The translations under genes and the position numbers were made by a program. The notes beneath the pieces are model-generated. The model did no database searches. It saw only the letters and a list, made by a program, of their open reading frames with translations, and was not told the DNA's origin. From the NCBI GenBank assembly GCA_054600435.1, contig BAAIJX010000007.1, positions 124,001 through 188,000 of the forward strand: a stretch of DNA of 64,000 bases, in the 5' to 3' direction. The stretch comes from Neophaeotheca triangularis (lineage: Eukaryota). How positions within the stretch are numbered: position 1 is the first letter of the stretch; each line of letters begins with the position of its first letter. This document shows positions 1 to 13,143 of the stretch, piece after piece.

Positions 1-431
1 AAGCATCGACTTGCCGTGAGCACCATGAGAAAGACTAGAGAAAGAGGATGTCTCAGGATAAAGAATAGAAAGCGACGGCCTAAGGAGGGAAGCAATATCA
101 TGAACAATGCATTCGATTCACAAAAGAGTTACCTAAACGGAATCTCAGCTACAAGCCAGTAACTCCCCAGATCATTCATACGTGCCCACGAAAGCGGACA
201 GAAACAACGCTTGAGGCTTCTTTGCAACCTTTGAGGCCCTCCCCAAGAAACGCCGAAGCCTAAAGCCAGCTGTCATTCCCACCGATGGCGAGCGAGACTG
301 GCTCGTCACACGTCTGGTGGCTGAAGCGGGTATCCCTCGTATCTCCTTTCCTCGTTTTGACAGATGCGACGGGAAATCTGCAAAGATTAAGAAAAGGCGT
401 GAGAGACTTTGAGGTCGAGGGTGTCCTCGAC

Positions 432-2962
432 TTAACGGCCAAAGATGGGGCTAAGGTAGTAACCGAGCGTGGCGCAGAAGTTGCTGCGGTTGTCGACGTC
501 GAGGGGGCTGCGTGCAGCGGCGTCGTCGGTGATCATCCTGACGGCAGCCTTGGTGTTGAGGCCGTGGATCGAAACTTGGCTGTTCTGGATGCGGACCATG
601 TGCTCCTGGCAATTCTGGCCCGGCACACACTCTTGGTCGTAGTTGTTGAAGAAAGAGTACAGACCGGCGCCGTAGATGTTGATACCGCGACTATTGAGGA
701 TCCTAATCCCCCAGGCGTCGCGGCAAGGAACGCCGGGTGAGCCGCCGTTATTGCAGATGGAGAAGTCGGGGTCATCGTAGCGGCGGTCGATGGCAAAGGG
801 GCCGGGCGCTGGGGGGTTCGGCTGCATGTATGGCGTTTCTGTCTGCATGTAACCGCTGAAGAGGGCGCGGACATTGCGGAATTGGTAGTTGTAGATTTGA
901 GAGTGCTCGGAAGCACTGCCCCACATCCAAATCGGACCGGGAGAGTCGATCAAGACTCCGCGAGCGCTGAAGACGTTGATCTGGAGAGGTGCGTCTGCGT
1001 CGAGAGCGTGGTCTGCAACCCAGAACCAGGTGTTCTCGAGGTAGATATTGGTGGATTGGGCTCTTGCGTGGAACATCAAGAAGGCGCCAATGCATTCGTC
1101 GTCGATAGTTGGAGTTTGGGTAACATTCTCGTTCCTTGGGCAGTTACTGTACTCGAGGAGAGTACCAGAAGAGCCGCCAATACGAGCGTGTGTGTCCCAA
1201 AGACCGGACTGACGGGTTGGGTCGTCAAGGTTGTACTCGATCAAGATTGCGCCCGGGTTCGGTCCGATGGTCTCGAACATAAGGTCGCTAACTTGGATTG
1301 TACCTTGCTCAGCCGGCTGACCAGCACTACTGCGTCGGCCAAGTTGAAAGACAGGTTGAGGGTTGGCAGGGTCGTCAAAGCCTGATGCCATGATGAGCGG
1401 CCAGATTTCACCGACAATGGTGGTCCCAGCTGGAACGGTGACAGTCTTCTCCACGACGTATGCTCCATGATCAAAGTATGCAATGTCGTCCCCTGAAAGA
1501 CCATCGAAGAATCTCTGCAGACAGTCTGCGGTCGGAGTCCTGCCGTCGTTAGAGCACCCAGCTGATACGACAGACTTGAAGGCGCCAAGAGGACGATCGA
1601 GGTATTGAGGCTTGGGGGCGGTGAAGATCTTGCCGTCCTGGAGTAGGCTATCTTGCATGGCATCTCTTTCTGGAGCAGGGCCCTGCACTCGAGTGCCTCT
1701 GCCGCCAATGTAGCCTCGCCCGGAAACCCACTTCTCAATGTTGCCACCTGCTAGGACTTGACCGTTGGGGTTCGCAACAGCGTCTCTCACGTTGTTGCTC
1801 ATGTCGACGTTACGCATGACTAGGGTGCCTCCAGCTGGTGGTACAGAGACGGGGTCTAGGAGGAAGGAAGAGTTGACCCCAACTGCGGTGTCGCGGATAG
1901 TGGAATCAAGCAAACTGATCGAGCCGACGGTCTGGTTGCTTGGGCCGTTCGCCATATCAATTCCTATATCGCTGCCAGAGATGGTAACGTTCGAAAACAC
2001 CCAGCCCCAGTTCCAGTTCATGAAGATGGCTGTCCGACAGTTTGTGAAGACCATGTTGTGAGATGTGAACTGCTGGTTGCCGAGGAAAGCGCCGTATCTG
2101 CCGCCTGTGAAGGTAAGGTCACCCATGAAGCCACCGGAGCCGTTGTCCTGTGGTCAGAGCATTAGTCGAATCCTGCAACCAAAGATAAGAAACTTCTCTG
2201 AACTTACCATGAAGATACCCTGCTGTTCAGTACCCTCATCCTCGCTCATGATGAAGTCGAGGTGACGAAGCGAAGTGGCTTGAGCAACCTGCCAATGAAT
2301 GCCAGCGCCACGGCGACCGCCAGCAACAGGTCTGACATCAATGACAAAGTTGTGGACCTGGCGAAAAAAGTTGTTCTGGTTGGTGTACCAGTTCTCCCCG
2401 CCCTCAAGATAGGGGTCAGAGTCGAGCAGGGAAATGCCTTCGAAGTTGGCGCTTCCGACAATGGTAGGCTTTTGAATCGCATCACCGAGCATCTGGGTGT
2501 AGTAGTACATGATGATGGGGCTGCTGACGAGGTAGGTGCCCGGCGGGAAGTAGACGATGGCGGGCTTGACGGTGGTTGAATCGCACCTCACACCGTTGAC
2601 GGGTCCGCCACAACGGTCGCCGAAGCTGATGGCACGGTTGATGGCTGTAGGGAAATTAGCACTGGAGTTACCCCAAGGGAAGCAAGGTACGACTCACCCT
2701 CAGTGTCGTCAGTCACGCCATCTCCGACCGCGCCAGGCTGACCGCCAACGCCATCCTTGACGTTACGGTAGAGCTGATAATCGGGGTCGTCACCGTAGGC
2801 TGGAAAGCCTTGACGTTCGATACTCGCGAGCCAGTAGTTCGAGCCGGGAGCCGGAGTATCCTGCTGAGCGAGCGGGGACGCTGTAGCGAACAGGCTCGGA
2901 GAGAAGGAGAGGAAGACGCACAGCGCCGAGGTGAGCACCATTGCACTCTGCTTGAAATGCAT
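432..2962 (-). CDS. Secreted GH55 exo-beta-1,3-glucanase (pectate-lyase-3-like beta-helix); 3 exons, introns 2645-2697 and 2148-2207
   Basis: Signal peptide MHFKQSAMVLTSALCVFL. GH55 motifs YRNVKD..GAVGDGVTDDT, VYFPPGTYL, NQNNFFRQ, HWQVAQATSL, FWVADH, ASEH, MQTETPY. GT-AG introns join ORFs 2588-2962, 2154-2591 and 432-2126 in frame. Confidence 0.93.
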
Positions 2963-3168
2963 GGTGGATTTGTGTAGGTGTTGTTGTTACTGTGTTTCAA
3001 GCAAGAAATGGCTTCTTGGAGAGAGTGTCTGGTTGTTGCTGTTGGGTCAGTGGCCTGCACCGCTAGGAGGTATGTCTCGGTCTGATAAAGAGCGTGCGTT
3101 TTGATGTCTCAAAAGATTGACGAGGTCGGGTTCGAAAGATGGGAGGGAGAAACAAGGTACTGGGAATG

Positions 3169-3193
3169 GAGAGAAGAGAAGAGAAGAGAAGAG
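3169..3193. repeat. (GAGAA)n microsatellite upstream of the GH55 gene
   Basis: gagagaagagaagagaagagaagag read directly. Confidence 0.7.
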
Positions 3194-5740
3194 GGAGGGA
3201 GAAAGGCTGGGCAAGGAGCGAGGTGTAGTCGACGAAGAGCCAAGGCTTCTCGCCAATGACTGAAATGCTCAACCTTCCAGAACGTGCTGCAACATGCAAT
3301 GAATGACGTCGCGCGTATGGCACCTCGACAATGTGATGGTCTTCGGTGTCAATAGCCAAAGCGACAATGGCGACGCAAAGGAGGCCCAGGCAGAAGTAAC
3401 GCAAAAGTGAAGCTGACAAGGAGGGTAAAAGGAAGCAGTGTAGGTGACTTGTGGCGCGGCAAGGTGAATATAGAGATAATCGGGCGGGAAGGGAGTGGAG
3501 CGTACCATATAACCTGCAAGGTTTCCAAGGTTGTGCTGGCCTGAGGCTCAGGTTAGGTATGTTCCCTTGCCTGCTGTCTATCCCGTCCCCTTGATATACA
3601 ACGCCAATCGTTAAGCGTTTCAGAAATGTCCCTTTCAGCACCAGTCCCGTTTGCTTTTGAATTTCTCGAATCCGTCTCCATCAGCTGCGATCCGGGACAT
3701 CTTATAACCTCGTTTGGCAAGTTTGTACTGCTGTAGCATCGAGACATGGTGACGGCCAGAGGTAGCTGGGTTGGTCTCGTCGGTGCTACATGGCTACTTA
3801 CTCCGGTCATCATCTCTTTGTCTCGAAGCTGACCTACTACTAGTCTCATGAGCCATCTCCCACCCATTGCAGCAAGTGTCCGTCTCCCAAGCCGACTAGA
3901 CCAGGACAGTGGGAGGTGGTGGGAGGTGGTGTGGCGGTACAGAAATGTGCCTCTCTTGGCCACGTTCAAACAGCCAGCAGCCAGTCCTGGGAGACATGTT
4001 GTGCAAAACAAGCTCATTCGCCGCCAGCAGAACATCTCTGACAAAGGCCGCATCTACCCAATATTGAATACCGCAATATTACCGCCGGCAAGCAGCAAAT
4101 AACAAAGACGGGAGCCGACGTGTGCACATCTGGCATACAAGACGTCGGCTGTCGTCAAACGTCCACGGGTAGCTCTGCCCGGCTTCGACCCTTCCCCAGC
4201 CCTACAAAACGCCCCCTACCCACCGTTTGGATGCCGTTGGTTGGCTCGCAATGGCATGGCTGCATCCATCTGGTCGACGCTAAATTGTGAAACACTTTGC
4301 CACAGCTTCGCTTTGCTTCCTGACTCTGTGAGACTCCCCCTCCCATCCAGTAGTCCTCAGAAACATTCTGCCACTGGCTACGAGCTCTCCATCTTCAACC
4401 TACGAGCCGTGCCGGTGGCTTGGCCTTCTTTGCTGCTCGCAACTAAGCAAGACGGTCCGACGCTGCTTGCAAGCCAACCAGCCGACCCTTGCCTTACTCA
4501 CGCGCTGCAAACGCGCGCCTGGCCTTGCCAGCGTGACACGGGCGGCGTACAGTCCTACGCTCCCAGGGCACCGACAGCCAGGATGGAATACACTTCTACT
4601 GTGACCACGAACGTAATTGCAGCCGAGACGTGAACTTACTCCACTGCGACGGTACTGAGCCTCCAAGTCTAGGCTTGCCAACGTGGCTATCCCGGCAAAC
4701 CGTGACGCCTTTGAGCTCTCCCGTTTGGTTCTGATATGTCTCAATTCGCATGTACTAGCAAGAGTCTATCACTTCATTTCGGCTCAACATTGCGTAAAAG
4801 CTCAGGCGACAAGCAGTAGGCGTAGGTACGGTACTACAGCACCTGTTTACTACGGTCCCACCTTCACTCGATCACAAAGAGATGCATGCAAGAGGCGCTG
4901 GTCACTCGTCAGACAGGCGTCACGCATTTACCCTTTTTCAATTGACAGGGCGCCTTTGAGCCATACGGAGAAAGGCAATCTCTAGACTGAATAGGTTATA
5001 AGTCCGCGATCCCTGCCTTTCTTCTGACCATCATCCCCAACGGCTGCGGTGCCGTTAGTTGACTAAAAGCTGTTATTTTCGAGCCCTGATGGGAAAGTAC
5101 GACGCTTACATGCTGGTTCCTCGAACCGTCTCTGGGCTATCGCGCTGCCTCACCCATTACGGAGTGGAATGTCTTCTTGTCAACTATTCGCATACTTGTG
5201 CCCCAGCTGAAGCAGTCACGATGAGTCGAGGAAGCTAAGAGTCGCCTGAGTGTCGGTTACGACTATATAAGCCGGCTCTTAGATTCTTCGGTTGGGGATG
5301 GCACATATCCGTCTAGCGATGCTGTGTTGGATCTGACCATCTTCGCTCGGTGGTGTGTCGTATAATGATTTCTAAACAATAGCCACCGAGCGTGATTGAT
5401 AGGGGTTCAAGACCTATCTCTTTGGTCTAAGCACTTTTCCGATCAAAAGCGACAGCGGCTCTGTCGATTGTACAATGTGCCTAGCAAGCACTATGAAATC
5501 TATAAGCGCAGGAGCCTCCTTTGCGACGAAATGCTCTGCCAATGTTTCTGCGGAAAAGATGGAAGAAGAAACGGCTTCTAGGGTTGGGGTTGGTGTTATA
5601 ACCTTCTCCCGCGCCTCCACATTTGAATGGCCCTCTCCGATAAGGACAGGCTTGCTATGCAATAGGTATCGCTCAAGAATCGGGTTCCCACCTATCTGGA
5701 CGCATATCGCAAACACCTTTGCGCATAGTACACTTACGTG

Positions 5741-7309
5741 ATGGCACATCTCCTCTCCAGGTTGGTTCAAGCGTTTTCATCACAATCCAACTCTCCTACT
5801 GTTCCTTCCCCAAACGAGCCTGTCATCACAATCGCCACAGAAGAACCAGCAGAAGCAACAGCCATGACCTATTCCAGTACCAAACTGCCCATCAACCTTC
5901 TCCGGGGCTGGCCCAATACCTCCCTTCTCCCTGTTTCACTCATCCAATCCGCCGCCAACGCCGCTCTCTCCGATCCCTCCGTAGCTCACCCTGGCCTCCT
6001 TTATGGGCCAGACGAAGGCTATGCATCCGCTCGCGAAGCCATGGCGAACTGGCTCACCGACTTCTACCGTCCACCATCCCCTACGACTAGCGAACGTATC
6101 TGCATCACAGGCGGCGCGAGCCAAAACCTCGGATGCTTGCTGAGTGTCTACACGGACCCGGGGTACACATCTACAATCTGGATAGCTGCGCCAGCTTATT
6201 ACTTGGCTTTTCGAGTGTTTCAGGATGCAGGGTTCGCTGAGAGGATGAGGGCTGTGCCAGAAGACGAGGGCGGGGTGGACGTGAAGGTGCTGAGGCAGGA
6301 ACTGGAGAAGAGCGAGAAGAAGCGTCGGAAGGAAGAAAAAGAAGGCCATGAGAGTGGCAGTACGTGGTATAAACTGCACCGATCCTACGCCAAAGTCTAC
6401 AGACACGTGATCTACTGCGTTCCCACCTTCTCCAACCCCTCATCGAGAACCATGCCGCTCGAACGACGCCAAGACCTCGTCCGTCTGGCGCGAGAATACG
6501 ACGCCCTCATCATCTGCGACGACGTCTACGACTTCCTCCAATGGCCTGCTGACACGAACTACAAGCTCTCCCAAGATCACGCAACTCTCGCGACCGCAAC
6601 TGCCACCGCCCACCTCCCCCGCATTGTAGACATTGATCGCACGCTCGACGGCGGCGCCGAACGCTCCAGCGCCGACGGTTTCGGCAACGCAGTGTCCAAC
6701 GGCAGTTTCAGCAAACTCGCCGGCCCCGGGCTGCGCTGCGGTTGGGCAGAGGGAACGGCGAAACTCGCCCACGGCGTGAGCCAGACGGGCACGACGTGCT
6801 CGGGCGGCGCGCCGAGCCAGCTCACTTCCACTTACTTGACACGTATGCTTGAGACGGGCGGATTGCAGGCGCATATTAGGGATGTGTTGCGCCCGGCTTA
6901 TGCTTCGAGGTATGCGACGCTGATGAGGGAGATTGAGAGGTGCTTGGTGCCTTTGGGGTTTGCAACGCCGCAGCCGGGAAGGCAGATAGTGGGGGGGTTT
7001 TTCGTCTGGTTGGGGGTGCCTGACGCTTTTACTGCGGCGGAGTTGACGAGGCGGTGTCAGGAGGAGGAGAATTTGGTCATAGGGCCCGGAAAGATTTTTG
7101 AGATTCCTAATGAGGTTCCTGGTGGTGAGGGTGTGAGTTTTGGGCAGAATGTGAGGTTGTGTTTGGCATGGGTGGAGGAAGGGGAGCTTGCTGAGGGGGT
7201 TGAGAGGCTGGGGAGGGTGGCGAGGGCGATGTTGGAGGAGCGGGAGAGGGGTGAGTATGTGGTTGTTGAGAGGGAGAGGGATGTGGGGGATTTCGGTGTG
7301 TTCAAGTGA
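5741..7309 (+). CDS. PLP-dependent aminotransferase, class I/II (YER152C/ARO8-like group); intronless
   Basis: Motifs INLLRGWP, LLYGPDEG, CITGGASQNL, YCVPTFSNPS, DDVYDFL, SFSKLAGPGLRCGW (PLP lysine). An alternative ATG at about 5864 is possible. Confidence 0.9.
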   Translation: MAHLLSRLVQAFSSQSNSPTVPSPNEPVITIATEEPAEATAMTYSSTKLPINLLRGWPNTSLLPVSLIQSAANAALSDPSVAHPGLLYGPDEGYASAREAMANWLTDFYRPPSPTTSERICITGGASQNLGCLLSVYTDPGYTSTIWIAAPAYYLAFRVFQDAGFAERMRAVPEDEGGVDVKVLRQELEKSEKKRRKEEKEGHESGSTWYKLHRSYAKVYRHVIYCVPTFSNPSSRTMPLERRQDLVRLAREYDALIICDDVYDFLQWPADTNYKLSQDHATLATATATAHLPRIVDIDRTLDGGAERSSADGFGNAVSNGSFSKLAGPGLRCGWAEGTAKLAHGVSQTGTTCSGGAPSQLTSTYLTRMLETGGLQAHIRDVLRPAYASRYATLMREIERCLVPLGFATPQPGRQIVGGFFVWLGVPDAFTAAELTRRCQEEENLVIGPGKIFEIPNEVPGGEGVSFGQNVRLCLAWVEEGELAEGVERLGRVARAMLEERERGEYVVVERERDVGDFGVFK

Positions 7310-9559
7310 ATAGTCGGCTTGTGGAAATAGCTATACGAGCCGCTTCGATCAACGGTATAAGACAAACTCTATTACCCCGGTCCTGGAGCAGCGCACGGGC
7401 GAGGTATACAGCGTGCTAATGATAGCCGCGAGGTGTATGCCGTGGGACACTGTCATCTTCAGGATCGTCCAGCTCGCTCGCTCCCGGATGAAGCGCTCGA
7501 CGAAGCCATTTGGCCGTGGTCCTACCACTCTTCTCACCATCAAGCCTTGGTGGCACTTACGCTTTTCCAAGCAGAGCCTTCTTGCATTGTATAGATCGGG
7601 GGTTCCTCCTTCTTTCCCACGCCGCTGGCGCTACTCTCTCATCGCGGAACCTCACTCGGCTCACAACTATTCCACAGCTTCTTCCCCACGACCTCCTCAT
7701 ACTCACTTCGCCGATCGCCGCTGCTATCATCTTCGTACATCTACAAGAGTAGAAAAAGGATAGTCTTGTCGCCTGGGCGTAGGGCAGTTGATAAACCCAG
7801 AAGCGCAAGTGTCGAGGAAACTTGCCCGTCATGCCGTGGTAAAGAGATAATCCGACCCCTTGAGATAAGTTTCTTAGCTGTTCAAGGGCGGGCTCGAGAT
7901 TGTTTTTCCGAGATTTGCAGGGGCTCCTGTGTTTCTCGACTGTGGAAAAGAGCTGCTCAGCGCATGGAAACGCTCGAAACGGCTCAGTAGAATACTAAAA
8001 GAAGACAGTGGGAAGACCACAGTTGAAACAACAGGAAAGTACCTACAATCACTTACAGGCCAGGCCATTGGCTCGTTTTTTTTTTTTGCGTTGCTCTGGA
8101 TCCAGAAACTACTCATTCCACTCGTTCAGTGTAATGTATCATCGCTCTAGCCCAGGTGGCTCATTGTCTCCGTGGAGCAGACTCGTGATGGCATCCGGGC
8201 CGCCAAAAGACTCAAGAAAGGACCAAGAGTCTTCAGCAAGGGGGGCACGTGAGCTTCCGTTCGACAAACCCTAGTGCTACAAAAGCTGAACGTGGCAGGC
8301 CAAGTTCTTATGGCTGGGGGCCAGGCTGGTGTTCTGCTTGGAGAGTCTTGGGGTGTCGGTCTCGCACAGGGTACGTAGATGGTCTCGTATCGGCGGGCAG
8401 TCTGGCAGTGCTCCTGAGCATCAATCTTACGTTTGGCTTTCGAGGGACTCGGGACTGCTGCGATGGCGACAGATAGGACAAGACCGACTAAATCTCGCAA
8501 TTCTTTCGTGATAGCACAGGTAGTGTCCGATTGAAGATTGGAGGGTGGGCCTCTTATAGGGTAGGTATTTCAACTTTAAAGGGCGACCATCTGCATGCAA
8601 GATCTTTCATGCCCGCATGGTCTTCACACGTAGCGTGCGAAGGTACGGCGGAGGTGGTAGAATTTGCTGCTGGCCAAGGTGGCGCTGCAATCGTCTCGTG
8701 TGAAGTTCAGTCTCGGACTGAGGCACATGAGGGGTCGATCCTGTTGTGTGCAACTCCAGTCGGCAGTGATGTATTCGATGATTTACCCGCTACTTCTACC
8801 TGATCCCATTCCACCGAAACTAGTCGAGATCTAATTAGTTTCAATTGACATGCAATCGAGTTGTCTGGACCCTGCACCTTGACGCCGCCGGCTGTTGTTA
8901 CATGCCAAGACTCTAAGGCATATCGAACTACCTAGGTAAGCTTCATCTGTCAATGGAAATCGTTGCAACACCCTTGACCGACATCACGACTGCTGATGGA
9001 ATATGCTGTGGACTTGACTGGCCATGCGATCAAAAATGGTCCACCCGGCGACCAATGGAGCGCAGAGGATCTTCCGTATAGCCTGGAATTGAAGACCTTC
9101 TACTAGGAGCCTCGAACGCCACCACTCCTCTACCGTCCTTGGCGCATCGCGCATCAGAGCGCTAGATATACAAGTTGGCAATACTTGCAGTTGAACATGA
9201 CCGGCTGAAGTATTCAGCCGGTAAGCGATCTGGACGAACATACCTTTGACCACTCAGAGGGGGCCGGTTAAACATCTACCCACGAGGACAACAAAATAAG
9301 CATCGCTCCCTTCCATTTCCAGCCGGTCGAAGACCTTGGCTTTGAGGAGCTCCATGGGGAAGCGTACATGTCTGAGCGGCCCGAAGAGCCCATAGAGTTC
9401 CCGACCACTTCATCTAAAGCTCAGCTTATTGCAGCCTTCACAACCGACCCCTCGCCTATACGCAGTCACATCACGCTATACCAAGCCCGTTCACGTTGGC
9501 GCCTTTTGGGACCGGCTGTATGCCAAGGGGAGTCGGGAGACCGACTACAACCAGTTCTA

Positions 9560-9574
9560 CGGAGCGGCGGACCG
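9560..9574 (+). promoter_or_regulatory. CGG-N5-CGG-N-CCG motif (CLR-1/ClrA-type Zn2Cys6 site) about 170 bp upstream of the sugar porter ATG
   Basis: Sequence CGG AGCGG CGG A CCG matches the CLR-1 consensus I recall from Neurospora crassa. Confidence 0.6.
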
Positions 9575-9742
9575 CCTCTGCATTTTAACCAGCATGGGCT
9601 ACATAATGCATCACAATATCCCCACAGATCTCTTCTGCATCGCAACAGTCCCCAGTCTCATTCATCAACATTTGGGAAGCACACGATCACATCGCCGTAG
9701 CGAACCTGCGTGTCGAACCATCCCGTCCAGTCTACCGCAATC

Positions 9743-11732
9743 ATGTTCGGCAATCTACGCAAGTCGAAGAGTGGGCCTGCGTCCCACGAGGTTGACGTAC
9801 CCAAATTTGAAAAGGTCAATTGGAAGAAAGACAAGAACATGAGGAAGCTATACTTTTGGTGTGCCGTCCTCTGTATCGCCTCGGCCAACAACGGTTACGA
9901 TGGGCAAGTCTGGTCTTCTGTTCTGGAGATTCACATTACACCACTAACAAGTCTTTAGCATGATGCTGAACTCCTCGCAACAAATGGACTATTGGCAGAA
10001 TTATTTCGACGAGCCAACCGGCTCTATGCTCGGACTCATGAACAATGCCTACAATCTTGGTGGCATCGCCTCGTTCTTCTTCGTCCCTTGGCTCACAGAG
10101 TAAGTCGATGCCTATGTTGCAGCAGATTTCAAAGTACTGACGATCAGATAGTCGCTTCGGCCGCAAGATTCCTATTGCGATAGGTTGCGTAATTATGGTC
10201 ATAGGGGGTCTAGTCTCGACCTTTGCCACGAGCCGTGGAATCTACCTTGCCGGCCGCTTGATTCTTGGTTTTGGCAACTCGCCGGCACAGATGTGTTCCC
10301 CTATTCTCCTTACCGAGATTGCACACCCCCAGCACAGAGGAACAATTACCGCCATTTACAACTGTCTCTGGAATCTTGGCTCACTCGCGGTCGCTTGGAT
10401 TTCATGGGGCACCGCGCAAGCCCCTAACGACTGGTCTTGGAGATCGATCACCTTCCTTCAGATTGTCCCCAGTCTCGTTCAACTTGCCTTCCTCTTCTGG
10501 ATCCCGGAGAGTCCCCGTTGGTTGATCTTCAAGGACCGCCACGCCGAAGCCTTGAACACTCTTTCGTACTACCATGCGAATGGAGACGATCAGGTGAGCA
10601 TTCAATGCTCGGACGCTGTGAGTTCTACGTGCTGATAGGTCTATAGAATGCGACTGTCCAATTCGAGTACCACGAAATCAGGGATACCCTCCGCATCGAG
10701 GCTGAGGCCAAACAGTACGGATACATGGACTTTTTCCGCACCAAAGGCAACCGATGGAGGTTGGCCATCATCGTTTGGATTGCAGTGATCAGCCAGTACA
10801 GCGGCAACGCTCTCTTCTCAAACTACATGAATTTGATCTACGAGGGCGCCGGCATCGTGGAACAAAACCAAAAGATGGCTCTTACCGGAGGGAAGACTAT
10901 CCTTGACTTGAGCGTCGCTGTTTACGCGGCCACACTTGTTGATAAGGCACGTGATGACCATCAAGTCAGCTTTTGTCAAAGTCTGACAATCAACTAACTC
11001 AATTTCGCCCACAGGTTGGCCGTCGCCCCCTCTTCCTTACTGGTACCGGCGGAATGGTAGTCTGCTTCGTCTGCTGGACCATCACCTCTGCAATTTACGA
11101 GAATTCGGGTGACACCAACAACGCCGCCGGCTACGCCCAACTCCCATTTATCTGGATCTTTGGCATCTTCTACAGCATGGCATGGTCCGGTCTCCTTGTC
11201 GCCTACGTTATTGAGATTCTGCCGTTTAAACTTCGTGCCAAGGGTCTGATGATCATGAATGTCATCGTGCAAGCCGTGCTCGCCGTGGGCAACCAAACCA
11301 ACCCGATTGCTTGGGAGGATCTGCCCAACCATTGGAACTTGACGTGAGTAGCCATACCGATTCTCATCCATCGAACAAAACCGGCTAACCACCAGACTTG
11401 CAGGCTCTTCTACACGCTGTGGATCTGTGTCGAATTCGTCGCCGTCTACTTCCTCTTCGTCGAGACCAAGGTACGTACCCTTCAACCTTCGCGAAAGGCG
11501 CACAACAATCTCTCGCTCCCTCCCTCCGAACATGTTACTGACCTCTTACTCCCAGGGCCCCACCTTGGAAGAAATCTGCCGCATTTTCGACGGACCGGAA
11601 GGCGTCGATGCCATTCTCACGGAAGTCGAGAAGGAGATGCGTGCCGAGCATCGCGACTCGATCGAGAAGAAGCATGTCGTCATCCACGAGGAAGGTGGGA
11701 CCGAGGAACGTCGCGAAACCCGCGATGTTTGA
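9743..11732 (+). CDS. MFS sugar porter, lactose permease/cellodextrin (cellobionate) transporter-like; 7 exons, introns 9904-9958 (GC-AG), 10100-10151, 10594-10646, 10947-11014 (GC-AG), 11344-11403, 11471-11555
   Basis: Spliced product contains GYDGMMLN, DRFGRK, EIAHPQHRG, PESPRWL, SQYSGN, VDKVGRRPLFL, EILPFKLRAKG, VETKGPTLEEI, all sugar-porter signatures. Confidence 0.92.
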
Positions 11733-13143
11733 AGCTGCGTCGGCTCATTTCCCATTTGTCTTACCCGAAGATGCGTCGTGGTACGAGATAATGATGTCCA
11801 GTCTAGTTTCTGTGCGCCTAGTCGTCGAATCTCACATTCGTTCTTGAATCTGTTAGTGTACCTTTCAAGACTCTTCGAACTTGTGTTCGGTGCGGGCTTC
11901 GATGGTCTTCAAGGCTCATTCAACTCGGGTCACTACAGCCATAGTCAGCCCTAACTTCTTTCCAGAGACTGTGAGCCTCACAAAGAGTCTAACGGCTTAC
12001 TCTGTCCGCTCAGATTCTCCGACAGACCAAGCTTCTGCCAGCGTACTTGACGCAAAGTTGGTTCTGGCTGTACTGGAACATCCGCTTGCTGGTATTGCTC
12101 GAGAGACTACGATGTCCAGCAAACTACGATGGCCAAGTACTGGAGTTTAGTAGGAAAGAACTGTTGCTGCGGCTAGTACAGACGTCTGATCGCGCGTAAG
12201 TGAAGATGACACACCACCCTTCGACAAGGAGGGTGTTTGATCAAAGGGGCAGAAGTCGATCTTCGATCTCTTCCTGTTGTGATGCCGTATCCTGGCAAGG
12301 CCGGGGGAGCGGTAGTTTCTTGGATCAACGTACGATGAGCAAGCTTTACTCGAAAAAGAGAGTATGACCAAGGCGGGCCTGTGGAGGATTCCTTGCTTTT
12401 CGGACATATCCTCTTGGCTCGACGATCTGCAGCTGTGGCGTGAGAAGAAAAGCGGGAGATGCAGTAGTCTGGGACCTTCATGCTGCTTGTCCTCGCTACC
12501 TGTCAGGTATTAAGAAGAAAAACCTATCTCGTGTGTGATGGCTCCGTCCTGGCTCGATCGTACGTGGCGCAACTTGATGTTTCCCGCGGAGGCAGCCAAA
12601 AGGGTCGAGCAGAGGACGGATGCAGAAGACGTTGCTTGAGTACGAGGGCAAGAAGTACGTAGAATACTGCGGTCGCTGCTGTCTCGTAGACTCTCTAGCT
12701 TTCTATTTCTAGTTTTTACCTGCTACGCGGCGAATGCAACCACTGGAGGTGCTTACGGACCGTCTCTCCACACTCGGGTATGGAGTCGGGGGATCTCCAC
12801 TTCGCGGTACTCCATGCTATCCCCACACGATCGTCAGGTCTCTTTCCAGAAACGTCAGCGGGGATATGTTTTTCCCTCTTCGCATCCTTGGACGCCTCCT
12901 CTGTTTGATGCTCATGCTGATGCTGCCCACTGCAACCCGGCAGGCAAACTGCAAAGCATTCGTCATGTTGCAGACAGATGAGGAGATGCAGCTGTCCATC
13001 TATGCGGGCGGTGGCTGGGCCAAACACATACATAATCGTTGCTCGAGCGCTGCGTCAATCAACCTTGAGGCTTTCCAGACCCCCCCTCCGCTACATATCT
13101 GTCTGCTTCCGGTCCGTGAGGCAACAATTTCAGTCCTAGCACA

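Noticed and set aside
7349..8500. Short ORFs on both strands between the aminotransferase and the sugar porter
   Set aside because: No family motifs and no consistent splice model; stops interrupt the protein-like frames.
9429..9742. Protein-looking frame (VGAFWDRLYAKG...) upstream of the porter
   Set aside because: Non-ATG start, out of frame with the porter, and better explained as promoter containing CGG triplets.
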